From positions 20,499 to 84,498 of IMG/VR virus record IMGVR_UViG_3300009506_003033: a stretch of 64,000 nt of DNA; one strand, given 5' to 3'. Under the pieces are notes generated by a model, which worked only from the letters and a program-made list of their open reading frames with translations, was not told the origin of the DNA and ran no database searches. This DNA comes from a virus. Numbering within the stretch: position 1 is the stretch's first letter; the number at the start of each line of letters is the position of its first letter. The position numbers and the translations under genes were made by a program. Below, in pieces: positions 56,918 to 64,000 of the stretch.

Positions 56918-57355
56918 ATGAACGAATTTCTGGAGAAGCATCTAGAATGGATCGTAGGTGTCATTTTAGCTGCTGTTGTTTGGTTGATTGCGAGAGCAGT
57001 GTGGCTCAAAACATGGATGATGAGAGTTGATATGATGTTCACAGAATACGATACCAAAACGACACAGATGCAAGCCACTCGGGATAGGGTGTCCGATATA
57101 CTTCAGTGGATGCAAGGTGCTAAACAAACACTTGAAGCGCAACAGAAGACGGTCGAGATGTTCGTGGCGACAGCCGGAGGCAATAAAGAGCGATTGATTA
57201 GATTGGAACAGGAAGTAATTGATCTTGGCCGCAAAATAGACGAGCACTTCGCAAGACAGAATGGAACCATTCAAAAGATCGGTGACGCGGTGGTGAAAGT
57301 TCAGGAAAACTGCCTGCGGCATTACAAGCAACAGAGAGATAAACAGGAGAAATAA
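56918..57355 (+). CDS. N-terminal TM plus coiled-coil protein (possible holin or lysis accessory)
   Basis: WIVGVILAAVVWLIA followed by heptads. Confidence 0.55.
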   Translation: MNEFLEKHLEWIVGVILAAVVWLIARAVWLKTWMMRVDMMFTEYDTKTTQMQATRDRVSDILQWMQGAKQTLEAQQKTVEMFVATAGGNKERLIRLEQEVIDLGRKIDEHFARQNGTIQKIGDAVVKVQENCLRHYKQQRDKQEK

Positions 57356-57360
57356 CCGCG

Positions 57361-57768
57361 ATGGTGATAGAAGGATTGGATGCCTTGAAGACGAGACTTG
57401 ACGGTCTTGCCGCGAAATCGGCAGCCAAAGATAATGGAAGTGTGGTTGTGGGATATCGTGGCGTCGGATATGCCATCTACGTGCATGAAAATGTGGAGAT
57501 GAAGTTGAAAGGACTGCCCCGTCCGAGTGGGCGAGGAAGGTACTGGGATCCACCGGGATCGGGGCCGAAGTTCCTGGAGAATCCAGCTAGGGAGATGGCT
57601 AACAGTGGGGAAATCAACCGCATGGTGAATGGCATCTATCAGAGTACCGGATCTATCATGGAAGGACTCGTTGCAGTAGGTCAGCGTTTGCAAGCTGAAA
57701 GTCAGCGAAGAGTGCCGGAGGAATTCGGCAAGTTGAAGGGTAGTGCATTTACTGCCAAGGAACCATAG
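57361..57768 (+). CDS. HK97 gp10-like neck/tail protein
   Basis: VGY..YAIYVHE..KFLE..VP..G.LK.S. Confidence 0.7.
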   Translation: MVIEGLDALKTRLDGLAAKSAAKDNGSVVVGYRGVGYAIYVHENVEMKLKGLPRPSGRGRYWDPPGSGPKFLENPAREMANSGEINRMVNGIYQSTGSIMEGLVAVGQRLQAESQRRVPEEFGKLKGSAFTAKEP

Positions 57769-57770
57769 TA

Positions 57771-58217
57771 GTGTCAGGACTACTCACCAATTCGCCGGCT
57801 GCGGTGATTCAACAGTTGATCATCGATTTCGGATTGGGAACAGCAGTCGCAGATGATGACGACTGGCCTGTGTTCTTGAGCACGACCGTAGACAGCCCGG
57901 ACAATTGCCTTACGGTCTATGATACCACCGGGATGCACGATGGGCGGCACATGGTGAACGGGGAGGTTCAGGAGCATCACGGTTTCATGGTGCGGGTGCG
58001 AAGTAAGAGATACAGCGTGGGGTGGAGCAAGGCACATGTGATCGCGATAGCGTTCGACGAGCAAGTCAGATACACGGGAGTAGTCATAGGGACTTCGACT
58101 TATTCTGTGCGAGAAATCAACAGAGCGAGCGGTCCCATCCATTTGGGAAAAGAAGTGCCCGAAAACAAGCGGCACTTATTTACATTGAACTGTTTCACGG
58201 CGTTGCGTGAATTATAA
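57771..58217 (+). CDS. Tail completion/terminator protein
   Basis: PDNCLTVYDT.G..VRVRS..LG..R.LFTLN. Confidence 0.7.
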   Translation: MSGLLTNSPAAVIQQLIIDFGLGTAVADDDDWPVFLSTTVDSPDNCLTVYDTTGMHDGRHMVNGEVQEHHGFMVRVRSKRYSVGWSKAHVIAIAFDEQVRYTGVVIGTSTYSVREINRASGPIHLGKEVPENKRHLFTLNCFTALREL

Positions 58218-58242
58218 CACTCTTGTAATAGGAGATTAACTC

Positions 58243-58761
58243 ATGGCCACAACTGGACCTCCGAGCCCAACCGACCGACCATCGCCAACTGGGATACCAC
58301 TGGATGACGGATATTCCACCAAAGTGACCTTCGGCGACGATACCGATGGAAACCCAGATTTCAGCATCTGGGAGAAGACAGTCAAACCGCCTGGAGTCGA
58401 TGGCTTGCCCGCGATCGATACCACTACGATGCATAATGTCACGTGGCGAAGTTTCAGCCCGAGATCGTTGAAGACGCTAACAACTTTTACTGTAACTGGT
58501 GCATATGATCCAGATTGCTATGACGATGCAGTGACATTGGTGAATGAGAACATTGTCATCACCGTCACATTCCCAGATGATGCCCAAATCTGTTTCTGGG
58601 GAGCGATCACAAACATGGACTTCGCGGAATTGGCGGAAGGAACTCATCCGCAAGTTACGATCACAGTTACGCCAACAAATCAGGACAACAATGGCGTCCT
58701 CTACGGCCCGAGAATGGAGCACGTCGGCGGCACTGGTGGAGGTGGTTTGTACATCGATTGA
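58243..58761 (+). CDS. Major tail tube protein
   Basis: PPG.D..IDTT, ITVTFPD; position. Confidence 0.75.
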   Translation: MATTGPPSPTDRPSPTGIPLDDGYSTKVTFGDDTDGNPDFSIWEKTVKPPGVDGLPAIDTTTMHNVTWRSFSPRSLKTLTTFTVTGAYDPDCYDDAVTLVNENIVITVTFPDDAQICFWGAITNMDFAELAEGTHPQVTITVTPTNQDNNGVLYGPRMEHVGGTGGGGLYID

Positions 58762-58783
58762 TCTCAAGAATTAGGAGCATGAC

Positions 58784-59263
58784 ATGGAATTTGATTTCGA
58801 CGACCTGGCACTGATTGAAGTGCCAGTGAAGATCGCAGGCAAGGAATATCTGCTGCGAGAGGCCAGCGGAGAAGATGCCAGAATCTACAACAACGCGAGG
58901 ATGCAGGGCGTGCAGATGGAAGGAGAGAAGATACTTTCCCTTCCCGAAGACTCAGCCGGCATCCCGTCGCTGTTGGTAAGTAGATGCCTTTGGGAGACCA
59001 AAGATGGAAAGGCCACTGTTCGCGTTGCACTGAACAAGGTGCGTGGATTTCCAAGCAGGATAATCGGCCCGTTGTTCGAGAAAGCCAAAGAGATCAGCGG
59101 TCTCGAGGATGACACGGAGGAAACGATTAGTAAACAGATGAGCGAACTCCGAAAGCGACTCGAAAGGATCAGAGAGCAGGAAAAGGTAAAAAACGTGTTG
59201 CAAGGTACGGACGATGGCTGCGAATCGCAGATCATTTCCGTACCCCCGACATCCGAGAACTGA
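58784..59263 (+). CDS. Tail assembly chaperone (G)
   Basis: Between tail tube and tape measure; slippery site near its end. Confidence 0.8.
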   Translation: MEFDFDDLALIEVPVKIAGKEYLLREASGEDARIYNNARMQGVQMEGEKILSLPEDSAGIPSLLVSRCLWETKDGKATVRVALNKVRGFPSRIIGPLFEKAKEISGLEDDTEETISKQMSELRKRLERIREQEKVKNVLQGTDDGCESQIISVPPTSEN

Positions 59264-59454
59264 TGCAGAGGATGACGTATCGGGAGTTTCTGTTGTGGAA
59301 CGAATGGCTTGACCAGCAGGTAGAACATGTATCGGGTGCATCGAGACCGGAGCCGACACGAAGTACCATAACGAAGGAACAGGCAACGAAATGGAGCAAA
59401 TCGTTGTGGATACGAAGACTAAGATTGCAGGATAGGGCACAGGAGATCATGTAG
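59188..59454 (+). CDS. -1 frameshift extension (G-T) of the tail chaperone
   Basis: A AAA AAC at 59188-59194; the -1 frame is open: RVARYGRWLRIADHF..ELMQRMTYREFLLW. Confidence 0.8.
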   Translation, partial: KKRVARYGRWLRIADHFRTPDIRELMQRMTYREFLLWNEWLDQQVEHVSGASRPEPTRSTITKEQATKWSKSLWIRRLRLQDRAQEIM

Positions 59455-59457
59455 CAG

Positions 59458-61521
59458 ATGATTGGTGCTGCGACATCCGCTGAAGTTGGTCGGTTAGTAG
59501 TACGTCTCCTCGGAGATTCTGCCAGCTACAAGAGCATGCTTCAAGACGCCAAGAAGCAGGCAGCAGACACCGCGAAAGCCGTTGAAAACTTCGGACAAAG
59601 AATCGAAACCACTGGTGCATCATTGATGAAGTTCGGTGTCAAGATGAAATTGTTCGTCACGGCACCGCTTGTTGGTGCTGGAGTGTTGCTGGCAAAAACG
59701 GCATCAGATGCAGAAGAAACCGCCAATAAATTCGCTGTCACGTTTTCTGGGGTAGAACGACAGGCAAATAGCATGGTCGCCACATTGGACAAAGCGTACG
59801 GTTTGTCCGATATGTCAGCCCGCAAATTGATGTCTAACACAGGAGATCTGTTGACTGGATTTGGATTCACGCAAGAAGCAGCGGCTGATTTGAGTTTCGA
59901 GGTTCAGAAATTGGCAGTTGATCTCGCAAGTTTCACCAACATTGAAGGAGGTGCCGAACGTGCTAGTGATGCTCTCACCAAGGGACTGCTTGGCGAGAGG
60001 GAAATGATGAAATCTCTCGGCATTGCGATTCTTGAAAACGACGTCAAGGCTCAGATGGCCAAAGATGCTGCCAGGGGATTGACCTATGAAAGCGAACGTC
60101 AAGCGAAGGCGTATGCTACCCTTCAATTGGCCATACAACAATCAAAGAATGCAATCGGTGATTATGGTCGCACATCTGGAAGTCTGGCTAATCAAACACG
60201 TGAATTGTGGGAAGACATCAGGGACTTGCGAGTAGAATTCGGAAAACTCTTGATACCTTTGGGTTCTGCGCTTGTTGGATCAGCCCGGACTGCCGTCAGT
60301 GCCCTAGCCAATATGGGAACCACAGCCAAGATACTTCTACTGTCGATTGGAGGGCTTGTTGCTGCCATTGGGCCGACTGCATTCGCAGCGGGTTCTCTGC
60401 TTTGGGCATTTGGTAAGTTAGCTCCGCTACTGAGTACTGTAGTTATACCTGCGCTTAGGGCAACTGCAGCTGCTATGTTAGGACTCAAGGCCGCATCTTG
60501 GGAAGTATATGCTATTATTGCTGCGATGATTGGCATCTGGTATGCCTACAAGAAAGCCATGGCGGCTGCGACGGACGAAATTGATGCAGAGACGGCCGTA
60601 TTAGAGAACCAGACAAACATAATGCAGAAGCGGCTGAATCAGCTTCAACAAGAAATTGATCTGACGGGAATGAGAAATGAATTGCTGAAAGAGACGCGGG
60701 CGCAACGAGAAGCTGACGCCTTGGAATCAGCCCGATTTAATGTCCAGCGAGCGAGAGCAGCATTTGAAGAAGCCAGGGCCGGAATCACTGTCCCACCATT
60801 GGAAGGAACGCCGATACAAGAGTTTTATAGACATGGAATAACACGCAATCCATTTGTTGGGCCAGAGCATAAGGGAACGCAATTTGACCGCGATTTAATA
60901 GCAGCACGTAAGAAGGCATTAAATGATGCCTATACTAAGCTTATTCAACTCGAAACAAAAGGCCCATCTACGGAACAAGCCCAACGAGATGCGATAAAAG
61001 CGTTTCAGATTATGCGGGCTCCGTTTGAAATGCAACAACAATGGCGCGATGTGATGATGGCATCCATTAACCAAGAGCGAGAAGACACTTGGACTCGTTG
61101 GCAACGAGATTTCGGTGCACAAGCATGGGCGATGAAGCAGTTGCCAGGCGCATGGGGCGGCAATCTAGCCTCGCTATTCGGGGCGACTCGGCGCGGACTG
61201 GGGGCGTCTCTCGGGGCCATGTTCTGGAGACCGGAAGAACAGGCACAGGCACGAGGCATACAGAGTTTCGTAGGTAGACGGGAGGCAGTGGCAGTTGGCA
61301 GTGTTGAGGCCAGTCAACGCAGGGCACAGACGCTCACACAATTGAAACAGGCCGAGAAGCAGATACAGCAGGAGGCTGAGAGAAAGAGACGAGAAGAGAA
61401 GTCGCAGCAGAAAATGGACAGTCTTACGGCAGGTCTTGGCAATCTCGGTAAGACTATCGAAAAGTGGATTTCCACTGGGACGACTAGTGGAGTAACTATA
61501 GATGCAGCGGATTTTGAATAG
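59458..61521 (+). CDS. Tape measure protein
   Basis: VGRLVVRLLGD start, Ala-rich helices, LLGERE.MK.LGI core, hydrophobic middle. Confidence 0.9.
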   Translation: MIGAATSAEVGRLVVRLLGDSASYKSMLQDAKKQAADTAKAVENFGQRIETTGASLMKFGVKMKLFVTAPLVGAGVLLAKTASDAEETANKFAVTFSGVERQANSMVATLDKAYGLSDMSARKLMSNTGDLLTGFGFTQEAAADLSFEVQKLAVDLASFTNIEGGAERASDALTKGLLGEREMMKSLGIAILENDVKAQMAKDAARGLTYESERQAKAYATLQLAIQQSKNAIGDYGRTSGSLANQTRELWEDIRDLRVEFGKLLIPLGSALVGSARTAVSALANMGTTAKILLLSIGGLVAAIGPTAFAAGSLLWAFGKLAPLLSTVVIPALRATAAAMLGLKAASWEVYAIIAAMIGIWYAYKKAMAAATDEIDAETAVLENQTNIMQKRLNQLQQEIDLTGMRNELLKETRAQREADALESARFNVQRARAAFEEARAGITVPPLEGTPIQEFYRHGITRNPFVGPEHKGTQFDRDLIAARKKALNDAYTKLIQLETKGPSTEQAQRDAIKAFQIMRAPFEMQQQWRDVMMASINQEREDTWTRWQRDFGAQAWAMKQLPGAWGGNLASLFGATRRGLGASLGAMFWRPEEQAQARGIQSFVGRREAVAVGSVEASQRRAQTLTQLKQAEKQIQQEAERKRREEKSQQKMDSLTAGLGNLGKTIEKWISTGTTSGVTIDAADFE

Positions 61522-62585
61522 TGGCACAACCTGTAGATACAGCACGTCTCATCTATTGGGATCTTGAAGTTGACGATGATGGATATCGCACTTATACGGC
61601 GAGGTATATGGTGCGTGTCTCCAGTGCGATAGCGTTCTCATATTTATACGGGCCTTATTACGTATCAAATGAGCCGCAAGGTTTCGCTACTAATATTTAT
61701 GGACTGCCAAAATGGGGTGACTATTGGGCGAACGGTCGAGATATCGACAGGGACGTCATATGTGCCAAGAAGAAAAAAATTACGCCGTACGAACAGAAGA
61801 ATGACCCGCACGAATACTTCATCGTCGAATGCTATTTTACCAACAAGGTGAGTGGTGGTGGTCCTGCTGGAGGAACCGGTGTACCTGAATATCCGCGTTT
61901 CAGTGGTGGATATACATCAGGCCGCATTGAGGCGAAATACGATTTAGAAGGCAATCCAATCATCAATTCCGTGAAGGAACCAGTAAGCGGACCACAAGTC
62001 GAGTTTGATGATAATCAACCGAGCGTGGTGATAGAAAACATTTCATGGGTAGGCCCCCAACTGCCGCAATTGACTGCGTTGGTTAACAAAGTCAATGGAT
62101 TCGCGCCGATATGGGGACTGGGAACTTCGCGAGGATCACTTGGCAATGGTACGCGCATCGTAAAATGTCAGTCAATCACATGGCAAGAAGTGAAACAGCC
62201 AGCACTCGGCGGTGGATTCACTAGATACTTCACTCGACGATTTGAATTCGAGGTGGGCGACAAATTTGACCGCGACGACATCATGGATGAAGGTACGCAG
62301 GTTCTAGATGGGGAATGGCAAGGCACTAGTCCAAGGGTATGGGTTCCATCTGGCAATACAAATTTTGTGCGGGCCACAGATGCAGCCGGAAACATGGTTA
62401 CCGTCCAACTGAATGGTGCGGGCAGCAAAATGCCAGATACGGCCTTGGATTCGGAGTTGCACAAGATACCACTGATAGAGAGCAAAGAAGCGGTGCGATA
62501 CTATGGTGAATTCACAGCAAATGACCTCGACGAGGTAGGAATAAATCCAGTCGATTTTCTAGCCTCCCGAAACTTGGGAGAATAA
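61521..62585 (+). CDS. Tail tip/hub-like protein
   Basis: Follows the tape measure gene; beta-rich. Confidence 0.6.
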   Translation: MAQPVDTARLIYWDLEVDDDGYRTYTARYMVRVSSAIAFSYLYGPYYVSNEPQGFATNIYGLPKWGDYWANGRDIDRDVICAKKKKITPYEQKNDPHEYFIVECYFTNKVSGGGPAGGTGVPEYPRFSGGYTSGRIEAKYDLEGNPIINSVKEPVSGPQVEFDDNQPSVVIENISWVGPQLPQLTALVNKVNGFAPIWGLGTSRGSLGNGTRIVKCQSITWQEVKQPALGGGFTRYFTRRFEFEVGDKFDRDDIMDEGTQVLDGEWQGTSPRVWVPSGNTNFVRATDAAGNMVTVQLNGAGSKMPDTALDSELHKIPLIESKEAVRYYGEFTANDLDEVGINPVDFLASRNLGE

Positions 62586-62586
62586 C

Positions 62587-63003
62587 ATGTCAAGCGAAGC
62601 AACTATTCAATCAACACTTACCATACGCAAGCTGTCGAGCACGACAACGGTGCTTGACTACAGCAGTCGTCCGACGTCTTTCGTTGCCGATGTGACAGGC
62701 ACTAAAGGCCCATCTCCAGGTGCCGTGAGCATCACTACCGGCGGAACATCCATCGACTTGAGCGAGTTGAGTTGGCCGTCTCTATGCCGATTCATGAATC
62801 AGGACGATACAAATCGCGTGGAGGTCGGCGTCTACGATGGGGTTAGCACTTTCTATCCCTTCATTGAATTGCTGCCTGGTGAATCGTATACGATGCGATT
62901 GAGTCGCTATCTTCAGGGACCGGGGACGGCAGGGACCTGGGAACTCTATGGGCAAGCATACGGAGATACCGTAGTGCTCCTCGTGGAGGCATTCGAGTAC
63001 TAA
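62587..63003 (+). CDS. Virion structural protein
   Basis: GGGAG RBS; F.N.D.TN.VEVG..LLPGE. Confidence 0.6.
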   Translation: MSSEATIQSTLTIRKLSSTTTVLDYSSRPTSFVADVTGTKGPSPGAVSITTGGTSIDLSELSWPSLCRFMNQDDTNRVEVGVYDGVSTFYPFIELLPGESYTMRLSRYLQGPGTAGTWELYGQAYGDTVVLLVEAFEY

Positions 63004-63043
63004 AATTCAGCACCGGGAGCGGCTAAGGTAAAGGGGAGCATAA

Positions 63044-64000
63044 GTGCCTGAAGCCTTTCTTCTGAGTCAATCCGACAGGGACATTCTCCAGCGGTTTCTG
63101 GACCGCGAGCGAAAGAAAACGCCACGTCCTTTCAAGCGGCAATGGCATCGCCGTGACATGATCGAGGCTGAAGGCCATCAGTCTCCGGAGATATACTTCG
63201 CTCGGCCTAAATATGCGTGGGGCATACCGGCACGCAGCGGTGTTACTCCCGGCAGTGCAACATGCAACGTCTACAAGCTCTCTTCTGGATCACTCGTTGC
63301 AACAGGTTACACTCGACTCGTCTATAACTATTCCGAACAGTTGATTCGTTACGATTTCATTCCAATCTACAAGACAAAGTACGGCAAATGGTTCGCTGGA
63401 TCGCAAAGCCAAGTGCATCTTCTAGGGCAAGTCATTTATGATACTGATCCAGGGAACTACAGTAGCGTTACGATAAAATCTGGGCTGTGCGGTGAAGAAA
63501 CCACATCTGGATTCCAAACGAATTGCTGCAATTCGACGCATGTGAGGATATGGGCCGGTTCTTGGTGTACACTCTCGTGGATCAATTTTTCCTGGCACAT
63601 CGTGAAGCCATATAGTGCCACTTTCATTACTGGAGAAACCACTAGTGCGGCAGAGACGGGAGATAACGTGAATCTTACGGCAGTCGTTGGCATGGATGGT
63701 CACTATGCACCGACGACTGCGAGTGCATTCGTTTGTCAAGGTCCTTTGCTCGACGAGCAGTGCGTTCAAGCATTTTGGAATAAAGAAACGGAACGATGGG
63801 AAATCGCAGATGCGATGCGGGAGCTGGAATATTGTGAAGAAGAAGTAGTCTGCGATGTTATCTGCAATCCAGACGGGACCGTGGCGTATGTATGCTATGA
63901 AACGCTCAAATATCTCGTACCGAAGGATATGGACTGGACGCCATACAGCGAAGCTGTTGATTGTCCTGAATGTATATGTGTCCCATGCGGAGAAACTCAT
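63044..64000 (+). CDS. Tail protein, truncated by the window end
   Basis: GGGGAG RBS with GTG start; open to the end (MPEAFLLSQSDRDILQ...). Confidence 0.65.
   Translation, partial: MPEAFLLSQSDRDILQRFLDRERKKTPRPFKRQWHRRDMIEAEGHQSPEIYFARPKYAWGIPARSGVTPGSATCNVYKLSSGSLVATGYTRLVYNYSEQLIRYDFIPIYKTKYGKWFAGSQSQVHLLGQVIYDTDPGNYSSVTIKSGLCGEETTSGFQTNCCNSTHVRIWAGSWCTLSWINFSWHIVKPYSATFITGETTSAAETGDNVNLTAVVGMDGHYAPTTASAFVCQGPLLDEQCVQAFWNKETERWEIADAMRELEYCEEEVVCDVICNPDGTVAYVCYETLKYLVPKDMDWTPYSEAVDCPECICVPCGETH

Larger units (their letters stand above)
1..64000. mobile_element. Tailed dsDNA bacteriophage/prophage genome segment (siphovirus-like)
   Basis: Terminase S/L, portal, MuF, protease/scaffold, capsid, tail tube, frameshifted tail chaperone and tape measure in canonical order, plus phage recombination genes; no host housekeeping genes. 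Confidence 0.97.

Noticed and set aside
1-64000. tRNA, rRNA, integrase, reverse transcriptase/DGR, DNA polymerase
   Set aside because: None recognisable by eye. They could lie outside the window, and tRNAscan was not run.

Overview
A 64-kb piece of a tailed dsDNA (siphovirus-like) phage or prophage. The host is probably a Planctomycete, inferred from the dockerin/PEP-CTERM and trypsin-collagen genes. Gene order: leftward early genes (Dam-type MTase with a PD-(D/E)XK nuclease, DUF932); a perfectly overlapping divergent promoter pair; rightward recombination/replication genes (RecT, SMC-like ATPase, YqaJ, NinG, intein-containing SNF2 helicase, MTases, ParB-like, SF2 helicase); an accessory region; then terminase, portal, MuF with mini-intein, DUF2213 protease/scaffold, capsid and tail genes. 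The main observation is at 26.8-30.2 kb: a stand-alone RAMP/Cas7-like gene and a ParB-like gene interleaved with four non-coding, strand-specific arrays of GGY-NN pentamers. The GGC is constant, the dinucleotide is variable, and GGCA tetramers punctuate the arrays. This looks like a phage RNA-guided system whose guide information lies in the NN positions; there are no CRISPR repeats and no cas1/cas2. Other notable items: four structurally identical but sequence-orthogonal C4/CI-like leader RNAs (one directly upstream of the RAMP locus), a candidate ~280-nt structured ncRNA, and repeat-bounded small-gene cassettes. All assignments come from motif reading by eye; no database searches were run.
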